Source: a virus
Taxonomy: Duplodnaviria; Caudoviricetes
Strand: one strand, 5' to 3'
DNA length: 37,103 bases
IMG/VR virus record: IMGVR_UViG_3300027819_000035
Location: 1-37,103 of that record
Under the pieces are notes generated by a model, which made no database searches, was not told the origin of the DNA, and saw only the letters and a program-made list of their open reading frames with translations. The position numbers and the translations under genes are program-made. Positions 7,275 to 16,110 of the stretch are shown here, one piece after another; position 1 is the stretch's first letter; every line of letters begins with the position of its first letter.

Positions 7275-7541
7275 CTAACGCTTAAAACTCTTTAATTTAC
7301 CTATTACATTATTAATTAACCATCTATCTTCTTCTTTGTCAGCATTTAATGTAAGTAAAGTGTCAAGAAAAACCCCCATGTTTGCCAAACGCCTGATTGT
7401 TTCTGTAACTGATTCAGCGTCTTGACCTTCGATTTTAACTAATTTAAATCCAGATTGCGGCGCGAGGGCCGTTAAATCTGTTTCCTTGATTTCAAATACT
7501 TTATCTCTTGTTTCTAGCGCGGGGTCTTGTATGTCTGCCAT
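7275..7541 (-). CDS. Hypothetical protein (88 aa)
   Basis: ORF with AGAAAG upstream and GTGTAAT motif. Confidence 0.75.
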   Translation of the reverse strand: MADIQDPALETRDKVFEIKETDLTALAPQSGFKLVKIEGQDAESVTETIRRLANMGVFLDTLLTLNADKEEDRWLINNVIGKLKSFKR

Positions 7542-7577
7542 AATTTTTTCTTTCTATTTTGTTTTTTTCTAATTTTT

Positions 7578-7584
7578 ATTACAC
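7578..7584 (-). promoter_or_regulatory. Putative late promoter motif GTGTAAT
   Basis: Exact motif upstream of the 7541 gene. Confidence 0.65.
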
Positions 7585-7589
7585 CCTTT

Positions 7590-8756
7590 TTAAGTTACTA
7601 CTTCTTTTCCATCTGAATAGATGTTTCCTATTAAAACTGTTTTTGTTTTGTCTATTTTGTTTAACAGTTTCAAATCCAAAACATTGTCTTTAATAACTAA
7701 ATTATCAGAAGCCTGTTTTCCATTCCAGTTAGTATGAAAAGAAAAGTTTTGGTCTTTTTTGTTTTTGTTTTTAATTATATTTCCTCTTACTAACCATCCT
7801 GAACACTGAGTGTTGTAGTCTTGATAAATAACTATAGCTGCTTGTCCATCGCTGTATAAGTTGATTATATTGCTCTCAAAAATACAGTCCTTAGAAGACA
7901 AAGCAAATAATCCTACCCATGAAGGTTCAAAGATATTGTTTCTTATAATTATGTTTTCATTGGTTCCTGAATCATTGGAAAAACACCTTTCACATCCATA
8001 GACTTCGTTTCCTTCGTAAACACAGTTTTTAGTAAAAGCTAGATTTAATCCAAATCTTTGTTTTCGTGAGTCTGCTAAAATTACATTATTCAAAACCCTA
8101 CCAGAAACATAACCGCCCGATGGATTCATTAAAGAAATAGCGGAATAATAACCATCAACTGCCGCTGGCAACCAAACATAGCATCCTTCTATTAAATGAC
8201 CATAAGACTTAGAAGCTATGCTTCCTGTGGTAATAATAAAATTCTCCTCAAAGCTAACTCCATCCCCCATTAATCTGTTACTTGAAAAATTCTTTACTTC
8301 TACATTCTTAACTTTTATGTTATTACCATATAATCTAATTCCTGATAATCCTAAGTTGGGACGGTTTGTTTGGAGTTCCCAATAGTTACAATCTATGGTT
8401 AAATTAGAAATTTCTACATTGTCTGCATTCTTATACCAAGTGGTAAAACAAATATTAAATCCAGATTTCTTATTATGTTGATCTTCTAGAAAATCTGTTA
8501 ACTTAAAAATAGTGACTCCAATACCAGACCCACGGATTTTCCAGCCTTTCTTTAGTTGCTCATAGTTTTTATTAGCAACTCCAACGGTTTTATAGGTGCC
8601 AGGATAGAAATTCCAAACAAGATTTTCTTTATCAGCAAACTTGTAAAATAAGTTATCAATTTTACCTTCACCACCGTCAAAAGGATTGTCTATTGTTCCA
8701 TCGCCGTCTTTGCCATCCATTCGCGGGGATATGTAGATGTTTTTGTATTCTATCAT
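7590..8756 (-). CDS. Right-handed beta-helix (pectin lyase fold) protein, possible polysaccharide-active enzyme
   Basis: YISPRMDGKDGDGTIDNPFD start, PGTY, IRGSGIGVTIFKL, NVEISNLTIDCN, repeated IIRNNI coils. Confidence 0.75.
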   Translation of the reverse strand: MIEYKNIYISPRMDGKDGDGTIDNPFDGGEGKIDNLFYKFADKENLVWNFYPGTYKTVGVANKNYEQLKKGWKIRGSGIGVTIFKLTDFLEDQHNKKSGFNICFTTWYKNADNVEISNLTIDCNYWELQTNRPNLGLSGIRLYGNNIKVKNVEVKNFSSNRLMGDGVSFEENFIITTGSIASKSYGHLIEGCYVWLPAAVDGYYSAISLMNPSGGYVSGRVLNNVILADSRKQRFGLNLAFTKNCVYEGNEVYGCERCFSNDSGTNENIIIRNNIFEPSWVGLFALSSKDCIFESNIINLYSDGQAAIVIYQDYNTQCSGWLVRGNIIKNKNKKDQNFSFHTNWNGKQASDNLVIKDNVLDLKLLNKIDKTKTVLIGNIYSDGKEVVT

Positions 8757-8762
8757 TTTTAC

Positions 8763-9110
8763 TTACTTTCCTTCTGCTAGAATCTTCAATACTTCACTGC
8801 TGACTTTTACACTAGAGACTTGACCATAAGGAACATTATAGCTATCATAATGTTTCTTGAATTCTTTCAATAGTCGGGCGATTAAGATTTCTCGCTTTTG
8901 CATCGGTAAAAGACCGATTGAAATAGCATGAGTTTGAAGGTCTGTTTTGTTCAATTCTTTTAGAAATCCTTCATATTCGGCGGCATTGGTTGTTTTATAC
9001 TTATTAAGTCCTTTATCGCCCCAAATTTGTGCCAAAGTCGTTGGCCGTGGCTTAGTTGGATCGGTGGGTAGTTTGCCGTGGGTTTGTGTTAGCTCTTTTA
9101 GTTTAGGCAT
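8763..9110 (-). CDS. Hypothetical protein with SAP/Rho-N-like helix-extended-helix
   Basis: LKELNKTDLQTHAISIGL...REILIARLL pattern. Confidence 0.55.
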   Translation of the reverse strand: MPKLKELTQTHGKLPTDPTKPRPTTLAQIWGDKGLNKYKTTNAAEYEGFLKELNKTDLQTHAISIGLLPMQKREILIARLLKEFKKHYDSYNVPYGQVSSVKVSSEVLKILAEGK

Positions 9111-9132
9111 TTTATTGTTCTTTCTTCTTATT

Positions 9133-9139
9133 ATTACAC
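9133..9139 (-). promoter_or_regulatory. Putative late promoter motif GTGTAAT
   Basis: Exact motif upstream of the 9110 gene. Confidence 0.65.
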
Positions 9140-9173
9140 CTATACTATTCTGAGATGTTAAAGAGTAAAGGTC

Positions 9174-9202
9174 TTGACATTTTCCTCAAAAACTGCTATT
9201 AT
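9174..9202 (+). promoter_or_regulatory. Sigma70-type promoter, leaderless
   Basis: TTGACA-N17-TATTAT with TG extension; ATG 6 nt downstream. Confidence 0.8.
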
Positions 9203-9208
9203 TGAACA

Positions 9209-9301
9209 ATGAAAAAAGAAGAAAAAATTTGTCAACTAGAAACAAAACTGAAAATAGTTGTTGCAAGCGGCTTGTTGTTATGGTTTAGTTATCCCCAGTG
9301 A
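9209..9301 (+). CDS. Short ORF (30 aa), possibly truncated
   Basis: MKKEEKICQLETKLKIVVASGLLLWFSYPQ at the leaderless position. Confidence 0.45.
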   Translation: MKKEEKICQLETKLKIVVASGLLLWFSYPQ

Positions 9302-9312
9302 AAAACAAAATT

Positions 9313-9406
9313 CCAATGCTGATGCGGCAGGCGAGCGGGATCAAGTCCCCCAAGCATTATCAATTATTGTTCGGGCATGGGAAAGGCGGTCGGCGATCAG
9401 CAATGG
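9313..9406 (+). ncRNA. GC-rich segment, candidate structured RNA (strand uncertain)
   Basis: Closing stem CCA-A-TGCTGAT-GC / GC-G-ATCAGCA-A-TGG; inner GGGAT-CAA-GTCCC hairpin. Confidence 0.3.
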
Positions 9407-9432
9407 CTAGAACGTGTTGACCATCAAGGTTT

Positions 9433-9603
9433 ATGAAAATAAAACTTAGACTCAACAATTGATTAACCACCGACGCTGGAAAACAAATAGCTTTGTTACC
9501 ACACATAGACATTTTCTGGTCGGACAATTTTTGTATTTCTTTTGGTTGGTTTAATTTAGAATTACAAATTTGGATTGGTAATAAACTTCAAGACTTATTG
9601 TAA
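9433..9603 (+). pseudogene. Small gene with in-frame TGA at codon 10
   Basis: MKIKLRLNN*LTTDAGKQIALLPHIDIFWSDNFCISFGWFNLELQIWIGNKLQDLL; frame stays open 46 codons after the TGA. Confidence 0.55.
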
Positions 9604-9611
9604 AAAAAATT

Positions 9612-9803
9612 ATGAACAACGTAAAAATAACTGTAGGATTTGAAACCGCAACGACAATATATGACCCCAAAAAAGCTAAAGAAGCATGTAAACAAGCGAT
9701 ACTTGAGCATTTGAAAAAAGATAATTTCTGTAGTGAAAAGTTCGGCGATGGGGTTTTTTATATTGAAATTCTAAATGTTAGATCAAAAAAAATCAAAATA
9801 TGA
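9612..9803 (+). CDS. Hypothetical protein (63 aa)
   Basis: ORF in early-type cassette, ATGA overlap with next gene. Confidence 0.65.
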   Translation: MNNVKITVGFETATTIYDPKKAKEACKQAILEHLKKDNFCSEKFGDGVFYIEILNVRSKKIKI

Positions 9804-10189
9804 ACAAAATAATCATTTTTACAGAAAAACACAGTAACAGATATTTCTATGCTTCTACGCCTGAAGACTTATGCAAAATTGCTATAAAAATATTTAAAGA
9901 AAGAGTAGAAGAAGATTATTGGTATAAATTTGAAACCGAGACTCCTACCGAGCCAGAAATAACTGAAGAAGATGCTAATTCATTAAGATCATCTTTAAAA
10001 AACATCGTATTACAAGAATGGAGAAACTATAGACACGCTCTTCGATATTATGAAGAAACAGTCGAAGACAAAAAACTTTATGATGCCGCACTGAAAGATG
10101 AAAGTGGGACTATTGTTTTGAAATTTCTTAAGTCCAGAAAAAATTGTCAATATGAAAGTTTTGAAATAGTAGAACCAGAAAAATTCTAA
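9800..10189 (+). CDS. Hypothetical protein (129 aa)
   Basis: ORF, ATGA coupling. Confidence 0.8.
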   Translation: MNKIIIFTEKHSNRYFYASTPEDLCKIAIKIFKERVEEDYWYKFETETPTEPEITEEDANSLRSSLKNIVLQEWRNYRHALRYYEETVEDKKLYDAALKDESGTIVLKFLKSRKNCQYESFEIVEPEKF

Positions 10190-10193
10190 AAAA

Positions 10194-10334
10194 ATGAAAT
10201 CATTCAGATTAACCTACCGCCTTTATCTTTTGTTTGCATGGTATGATCTTTGGGTTGGATTTTTTGTCAATACAAAGAAAAAACATCTATATTTTTTTCC
10301 AATTCCGTGTGTTGGATTTCTTTATTGTTATTAA
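10194..10334 (+). CDS. Small aromatic-rich protein (46 aa)
   Basis: MKSFRLTYRLYLLFAWYDLWVGFFVNTKKKHLYFFPIPCVGFLYCY fills the gap; below track cutoff. Confidence 0.7.
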   Translation: MKSFRLTYRLYLLFAWYDLWVGFFVNTKKKHLYFFPIPCVGFLYCY

Positions 10335-10350
10335 AAAATAAGTAAAAAAT

Positions 10351-10656
10351 ATGAAAATAATTGCACAAGCCAAACCAGATTACTTCCTTGTAGAAGCTCA
10401 CCAAGATGAATTAGCTAATTTGCTAGGATTTTATTCTCGCTATTCAATGAAAGATAAACCATTAGAAATAGGAACAGATATTGAAATTAATGAAGTTTAT
10501 TCGTCTATCAGAAATCTAGGGTGTATTACCGCCGAAAACAAAACAGGCTCTTTCAAGAAAAAAGCACAAGAACTAAGACAAATAGCGGCACATTTAGAAA
10601 CAATAAACAACTATCTATCCAATGCTGGAAAAGTAGCACAAACATTATCAGAATAA
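10351..10656 (+). CDS. Hypothetical protein (101 aa)
   Basis: ORF in cassette. Confidence 0.75.
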   Translation: MKIIAQAKPDYFLVEAHQDELANLLGFYSRYSMKDKPLEIGTDIEINEVYSSIRNLGCITAENKTGSFKKKAQELRQIAAHLETINNYLSNAGKVAQTLSE

Positions 10657-10725
10657 AATGACAGACGAACAAGCAATGGGCGAATGTGTATATATATATT
10701 TTATCAAATAATACCTTTTATAAGT

Positions 10726-10757
10726 AAAAAAATATTCAAGTCTTTCAACTTGAATAT
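10726..10757 (-). terminator. Intrinsic terminator after the major capsid gene
   Basis: ATATTCAAGT/ACTTGAATAT 10-bp stem, then a U tract on the minus strand, 11 nt past the stop. Confidence 0.7.
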
Positions 10758-10768
10758 ACATAAGTATC

Positions 10769-11854
10769 TTATACCGTTAGAGCTACAGCGGCGCGACCGT
10801 CCAAGCAGATATTTCCTTGTTCTAATTCGCCATAGAAACCAATCTTATCTTGACGAGCTACAAACTGATCATCGGGAACAATATTGAAAGAGCCGCCCGC
10901 TCCTTCATCTGTCATTATAGGACGAACAAAGGCTTCACGACTAAGGTCTAGTCCAATAATACATTCGTCTGCCGAATCAGAAAATGTCCCCGTGTAAAAA
11001 CTCTTAAACAGAGTATTGTATTTCTTAGAACTACCCAACTCAATTAACTTATGAATCCCTACTCCATAAATCTCTGAAGCCCCAGCATTCTTATAAATTT
11101 CTGTTCGGACAGAATCAGGAAGAGCAAGAACAGTTGATTCATCAGTATTAGGAACTGCACGGGTATTCATTGGTTGATAAGCAAACGCCCGAACTTGTTC
11201 GACCATTTCAGGACTCATCCAAAGATCAGTTAATCCTTTATAGTCAAAATCCGAAGGTGTTCCATTAGCAAATGAAGTATTAATACGGTCAATACGTGTC
11301 ATAAGCCGATTCAAATCATCAACCTGGAAAGTACTTGCTGTAGTTGCCGCTATAACATGGCTAAGCCCATTAGTTCCGGCTTCAGCTACGGCTCGGAGAA
11401 TAACCGCCCAACCATTACGCTCTTGTTTAACCAAAACTTCTCCAGCAAGTCGTGTTAACGCTTTGCTAACTACATCTAAGCGACATTGACGGGCAAATTT
11501 CTTTCCATAAGCAACTGCGGAATCAAGAGTAAAAGTATGGAACTTCAATTCTTTTCCACCATCTACTTGATTGGTAGGAAGTCCACCAGCCATAGTTTGA
11601 CTCCAAATTGTAGTATAGCCCTCTCCTTCATCGTACCACAAATCTACAGGAATAGAAGGAACCTCATCAATCTTGTACTCTAAAGGAGTATAAATAGCAT
11701 TAGCAGAACCAGCCTGATTTAGCACTTGGCTAACCACCGGGCCAGCAAATGCCGCAAACGCAGAAGCCGCTTCAGCAGAAACGTTGCGATCTTTAGACCC
11801 CATCGCCTTAATCAGTTCTACTTGTTCTGGTGTATTTTTTAATCTTAGTTTCAT
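10769..11854 (-). CDS. Major capsid protein (probable HK97 fold)
   Basis: 361 aa; follows protease/scaffold and decoration genes; DLWMSPE, C-terminal KIGFYGELEQG..LDGRAAVAL pattern; own terminator. Confidence 0.8.
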   Translation of the reverse strand: MKLRLKNTPEQVELIKAMGSKDRNVSAEAASAFAAFAGPVVSQVLNQAGSANAIYTPLEYKIDEVPSIPVDLWYDEGEGYTTIWSQTMAGGLPTNQVDGGKELKFHTFTLDSAVAYGKKFARQCRLDVVSKALTRLAGEVLVKQERNGWAVILRAVAEAGTNGLSHVIAATTASTFQVDDLNRLMTRIDRINTSFANGTPSDFDYKGLTDLWMSPEMVEQVRAFAYQPMNTRAVPNTDESTVLALPDSVRTEIYKNAGASEIYGVGIHKLIELGSSKKYNTLFKSFYTGTFSDSADECIIGLDLSREAFVRPIMTDEGAGGSFNIVPDDQFVARQDKIGFYGELEQGNICLDGRAAVALTV

Positions 11855-11905
11855 ATTTTTATTTAAATCCTTATGTTTATTTTTTCTTTTTCTTATTAAT
11901 TAAGT

Positions 11906-12448
11906 TTAGAGATCAACTCTTAAAAGAACGCAACCGTTTGTATCTTTGGTGCCCAAGAACTTACCAATAGTTGCTCCACCAAAAGCCGCGCTATTTACAA
12001 CGGTGCTATCACCAGCCATATAAGCTGTTGAACCAGCCGTAATTGATGTTCCAGAAACACCACTATACAAAACTACACCCTTAGTAAGAATTGGAACCGC
12101 TTGACCGCTCAAAGCAATCTGTAATTCAGCCGCTTTTCGAGGATTGAATTTAAGATTCTCGCCGTTCTCATCGGTTTCCTTAACATCCCAAAGCAATAGT
12201 CCAATCGGGGTATCACCAGATACAGCAGCCGTAACCTTAGCAGGAACACCATAACGCAAACTCACGGCATTCTGATAGGCCGACCCAACAGACCCAAATG
12301 TTTCGGTCACATCTGGATTAGTGTTAACGAAACCAGAACCGATAATCTTTACGAAAGTGCCCCGGTTAACAGGAACAGTGCCCGAATAGCCGAACATGTT
12401 AAGTACGAAATGTTCACTATAATCTCTGAATGGTTTTAATGTTGGCAT
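11906..12448 (-). CDS. Capsid decoration (cement) protein
   Basis: 180 aa between scaffold and capsid; PIGLLL, GQAVPILTKG, IGKFLG beta-tulip-like pattern. Confidence 0.65.
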   Translation of the reverse strand: MPTLKPFRDYSEHFVLNMFGYSGTVPVNRGTFVKIIGSGFVNTNPDVTETFGSVGSAYQNAVSLRYGVPAKVTAAVSGDTPIGLLLWDVKETDENGENLKFNPRKAAELQIALSGQAVPILTKGVVLYSGVSGTSITAGSTAYMAGDSTVVNSAAFGGATIGKFLGTKDTNGCVLLRVDL

Positions 12449-12489
12449 AGTATTATTTTTCTTTGTTTTTTAAATTATTTTTTTCTTTA

Positions 12490-14025
12490 TTACTTTACAA
12501 TTACTTCAATTCCATCTTTAATAGAAGCCCATCGTTCTTTCATTGTTTGTTTTCCGCCGCTCATTGCATTTGGAATTTTACTTGTTTCTTTTTCACCCTT
12601 ATCAATAGCGTTACCTAGCACGCTAGCTGACGCTTCAAGAGTGGCTTTTTTCTTAACTTCTTTATTCTTTTCTTTCAAAAGAACGGCATACTTGGCTTCC
12701 ACTTTCTTAAAATCTTCATCATTTACATCTTTTACTTCAGATGCAATTACCGCCCGGTCTTCATCAGAAAGATCATAGATAGAATCCAACTTGGCCATCC
12801 GTTCATTATATTTTTCTTGTTTCTCGCGGGCTAAAATTTGTTCCTTAACCTTAGCTAACTCAGTATTAGCAGAAGTGAGACTGGTTTCTAATTCTTTCTT
12901 GGTTTTCTCAAAGTCCGCAGAAAGAGAAGTTAGTTTTTCCTGAGCCGCCCGGATTTCTACATCTTTTCTATTTTTCTCGGTTGTCCAAGCTTCAGAGGCT
13001 TTCTTAAGTTCTTCCTCGAAAAAGTTAGTGAGAGTGGACGCAGAGACTTGTTTCAAATTTTCGTCGGTTATATCTTTTAGATTAGTTATTTTCATATCTG
13101 CTTTTATTGTCTCAAATGTCTTTACATCTTGTTTTTCTAATTGTGAAATACTTTTATTATTTTTTTCTAAATCTGTTGTTGTGTCTTTAATAGAGGGAGA
13201 AATAGAAGAATTAGAACAAGATGAAGAAGAAGATAAAGAAGAAATAGATGTATCTTGTTTAACCGCAATTCCTTTGACATCCGCCGCTGGCGAAGTCGTA
13301 AAACCAATAGCTAATGGAAGTACGTCTTTTATGGGTAGTCTATAAACATAAGTATTATCATCTTTTTTCCCATTACCACCTTCTGAAAATAGATATTTTG
13401 ATAATTCTTGTTTTTTTACTTCATCTGTAATTCTTTCTCCGTCTTCAATATTCTTAGAATTACCTTTTATAACAACTAAATCGTAATCAGAGAAACAAAG
13501 CTCCCACGAACTTGAAATTTGTTGAAATATTTCTGAGTTTGGATCATTTGAATCTTCTATTAAACTAGCAAAATCATTATCAATTATTCTCCAAATAACA
13601 CCGCCCAAAGTAACATTAAATGGCTTAGTATAATCTTTTGTTAAATCTTCTCGTTTTATTGGTTTATTAGAACCAAATTCAGAAAAAGAAGATGTTAATA
13701 TTACTCCTATTAACTCATTTCTTCTATGTTCAACGTCTGCAAATTTATTTGGAAACAAATCTGCAATAAGTAAGGCTTCTTCTGTTGCAACCCCATCGAA
13801 ATTCTTATTAAATCTATTAGCAACAAAAGCATCCGTGGCAAATGGTAATAGGTCTATATTTTTTTCTAAATCAATGTTTGGTATAAATTTTCTAAGATTA
13901 TCTAGGTTTGCCAAACTTAAATATTTATCTTTCTCAAAAGAAGCTACTGAATAAACTTTAGAATTAGAAAAAGCTAAAGAATACTTATACTTTTCCGGGC
14001 GATTATAGAAAATACCTTGTTTCAT
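12490..14025 (-). CDS. Prohead protease fused to coiled-coil scaffold
   Basis: NKNFD, DVEH..ELIG, ISSSWEL, GFTTSPAA motifs of HK97-type maturation proteases; Ser-rich linker; K/E-rich coiled coil. Confidence 0.7.
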   Translation of the reverse strand: MKQGIFYNRPEKYKYSLAFSNSKVYSVASFEKDKYLSLANLDNLRKFIPNIDLEKNIDLLPFATDAFVANRFNKNFDGVATEEALLIADLFPNKFADVEHRRNELIGVILTSSFSEFGSNKPIKREDLTKDYTKPFNVTLGGVIWRIIDNDFASLIEDSNDPNSEIFQQISSSWELCFSDYDLVVIKGNSKNIEDGERITDEVKKQELSKYLFSEGGNGKKDDNTYVYRLPIKDVLPLAIGFTTSPAADVKGIAVKQDTSISSLSSSSSCSNSSISPSIKDTTTDLEKNNKSISQLEKQDVKTFETIKADMKITNLKDITDENLKQVSASTLTNFFEEELKKASEAWTTEKNRKDVEIRAAQEKLTSLSADFEKTKKELETSLTSANTELAKVKEQILAREKQEKYNERMAKLDSIYDLSDEDRAVIASEVKDVNDEDFKKVEAKYAVLLKEKNKEVKKKATLEASASVLGNAIDKGEKETSKIPNAMSGGKQTMKERWASIKDGIEVIVK

Positions 14026-14033
14026 CTACTATG

Positions 14034-14040
14034 ATTACAC
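14034..14040 (-). promoter_or_regulatory. Putative late promoter motif GTGTAAT
   Basis: Exact motif 8 nt upstream of the head operon ATG. Confidence 0.65.
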
Positions 14041-14090
14041 AAAAAAAAACTAACTTTTATTTCACATCTTCTTTCCTGCGCCGCCGCATA

Positions 14091-14125
14091 AACAAAAAAT
14101 CCGAAAGTCTTTAAACTCTCGGATT
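14091..14125 (-). terminator. Probable intrinsic terminator
   Basis: AATCCGA-A-AGT/ACT-C-TCGGATT stem followed by a T-rich tail on the minus strand. Confidence 0.55.
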
Positions 14126-14155
14126 CTAACTACCCATCCCCCATTTTTTACTACT

Positions 14156-14554
14156 CTACTTTTTTTGCGGAATATATTCAGCTTCCACAAAAGTACCTCG
14201 CGGCGTCTTAACTGAAACTATTTTACCTAAAGCTTTGGCCATTACCTGTTTAGGGTTGCAAACATAATCGTCAGAAGCCCCGCAATTTTCTAGTAATTTG
14301 TTCATTTGTGACACGGATAATTTAGGAAGGTGAGTTGATTTACTCATGTGTTCATCATAAATTTCATATCCAGCCTGAGAAACATAGTCAACGCGCCGGT
14401 GTAGATTATCTATTAATTGATAAACATAACCCATCATATCAGACATTTTCTTATCCATCCCAGAATCTTTTTCTCCCATGTCTGCCTTAGTTTGCAAATA
14501 TTTTTTACTTATAGTCCCAAAAGCTTCGGAAAGTTTTTTTAATTCATCATTCAT
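14156..14554 (-). CDS. Hypothetical protein (132 aa; start revised to ATG 14554)
   Basis: The track start at 14575 is a TTG overlapping the GTGTAAT motif; an in-frame ATG lies 10 nt after the motif. Confidence 0.7.
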   Translation of the reverse strand: MNDELKKLSEAFGTISKKYLQTKADMGEKDSGMDKKMSDMMGYVYQLIDNLHRRVDYVSQAGYEIYDEHMSKSTHLPKLSVSQMNKLLENCGASDDYVCNPKQVMAKALGKIVSVKTPRGTFVEAEYIPQKK

Positions 14555-14564
14555 ATCAAAGAAA

Positions 14565-14571
14565 ATTACAC
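14565..14571 (-). promoter_or_regulatory. Putative late promoter motif GTGTAAT
   Basis: Exact motif upstream of ATG 14554. Confidence 0.6.
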
Positions 14572-14594
14572 CCAATTAGAGAAAAAATGAAAAA

Positions 14595-14819
14595 CTAATT
14601 GTTTTCCCCGCCGTCTTTAATTGCCAGTTTTTGCTGGTATTTATCAATTGGGACAGCATTAGGAGGTTCGGCATTTAGTGACATTAATGCTTGGGTAACA
14701 ATATTTCTACATTGCTCAAGGTAAAGATGATCGTCAAATGATAACTTGAGTAATCGCACGGCTGATACGATGACTTCAAATGCTTTTTCTGGAGTTAGTT
14801 GGTTTTGTTCCTGTGCCAT
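14595..14819 (-). CDS. Hypothetical helical protein (74 aa)
   Basis: ORF with AGAAAG upstream; downstream of the fibre array, possibly a chaperone. Confidence 0.7.
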   Translation of the reverse strand: MAQEQNQLTPEKAFEVIVSAVRLLKLSFDDHLYLEQCRNIVTQALMSLNAEPPNAVPIDKYQQKLAIKDGGENN

Positions 14820-14838
14820 ATTATTTTTTCTTTCTATG

Positions 14839-15056
14839 TTAGATATAAATTACTTGGTCAACTTCTTCATATATTGACAACTTATATTTTCTATTTCTAG
14901 AATAGTTTTCTAGGTCATTGAATTTAATTTGATTATCTCCTTTTCTGTTAGCACGTAATCTTGAAAGAACAGAATCATCTTTTTTCTTTGGCCACGCGAA
15001 CACATCGCCGGGATTGTTAAAAAATTTTGTAAAAAACTTTTTCGATTAAGATTCAT
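14839..15056 (-). pseudogene. Possible frameshifted small gene with Tat-like start
   Basis: MNLNRKSFLQNFLTIPAM joins FAWPKKKDDSVLSRLR...VIYI if 2 nt (TG) near 15002 are removed. Confidence 0.3.
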
Positions 15057-15102
15057 AAGTAAAATATATTAGAGCAAAGAAAGAAAAAGTAAAAAAGAAA
15101 AA

Positions 15103-16110
15103 TTATTGTAGCAAACCCATTGATTGAAGGTCGTCTAAAAGTTGATTGGTAACATCTTTTATATCATCAATATCATTTTCTAAATCATTTATCGCTACAG
15201 GAATAGCATTTGCTTGTGCTAATGTTGTATAACCCCAAGGAGTAGTTTGCGTTGATGCTGTTGTTGATACGGCGGAAGATGTTAAATTTGGCATCGTTCT
15301 ACTTGCCGTAGAATAATTTTGCGTATATGCTGCCGGACGAGCAACAGCGGTAACACCAAAAAATCCTATCTTAGATGTTCCGTCATTTTTACATTCAAAC
15401 AAAGTAGAACTATTAGCTTTAAAAATAACTGATCCCGAAGATGGCCAATATATCTGAGCAGAATAACTAAGAGGAAAATCTAATATCGTATTTCCGCTTC
15501 CATCTGTTATTTTTGTTGTGGCATAAATTCTTGTATTACTTCCTACTGATAAATAAAAATTAGTATTATCCCATGTTAAATTAGAACTATCTGTTAATTT
15601 TGATCCATCATAGTAAATAATACGAGTAGAAGTAAAAGCCGTATTATTGGTGCCCCCATTTGCAATTCCTAATTTATCTTCGGTATGTGTCGTTAATCCA
15701 ATCTTCCCCCAAGATGGCGCGGCTGCAACTCCGCCAGAAATTAAAGCATTTCCAGTCGCAACATCTGCTAGATTTTCAAACTTAGAGGTTCCAGAGTTAT
15801 AATATAAAAGATCACCTGTTGCATAAGTTCCACCCGAATTATTAGTTCCTCCCAAAGCAGTCGTTAAAAGACTTATACTTGTTAAATCATTGTTAGAGTC
15901 CGTGGTTACAATTTGAGAAGCAGTCGTTGTTGACAATCTTACTTTTCCACCCGGCGCAATCCTAAGCCTTTCCGCTGAATTAGGAAATGTGCCGTTTTTT
16001 ACTATGATATTGCCCGACGAATCTAAAGAAAATACGCCCAAGAAACTATTAGCCGAAGAATAGATATGTAATTCTTCGCCGTCTAGTATCGTTAGTCGTG
16101 TTCGTGGCAT
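15103..16110 (-). CDS. Virion fibre protein, paralog 3 of 3
   Basis: Shared N-terminus, LADVATGNALISGG..PSWGKI and GGT fibre repeats, C-terminal GFFG...coiled coil...GLLQ. Confidence 0.75.
   Translation of the reverse strand: MPRTRLTILDGEELHIYSSANSFLGVFSLDSSGNIIVKNGTFPNSAERLRIAPGGKVRLSTTTASQIVTTDSNNDLTSISLLTTALGGTNNSGGTYATGDLLYYNSGTSKFENLADVATGNALISGGVAAAPSWGKIGLTTHTEDKLGIANGGTNNTAFTSTRIIYYDGSKLTDSSNLTWDNTNFYLSVGSNTRIYATTKITDGSGNTILDFPLSYSAQIYWPSSGSVIFKANSSTLFECKNDGTSKIGFFGVTAVARPAAYTQNYSTASRTMPNLTSSAVSTTASTQTTPWGYTTLAQANAIPVAINDLENDIDDIKDVTNQLLDDLQSMGLLQ

Noticed and set aside
9319-9384. Hammerhead core (CTGATG...GAAA)
   Set aside because: Sequence is CTGATGC rather than CTGANGA and the flanking helices do not fit.
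14077-14088. Recurrent GCCGC/GCGGC words, including a TGCG-CCGC-CGCA mini hairpin
   Set aside because: Mostly explained by Ala/Gly codon pairs; over-representation cannot be shown without k-mer statistics.
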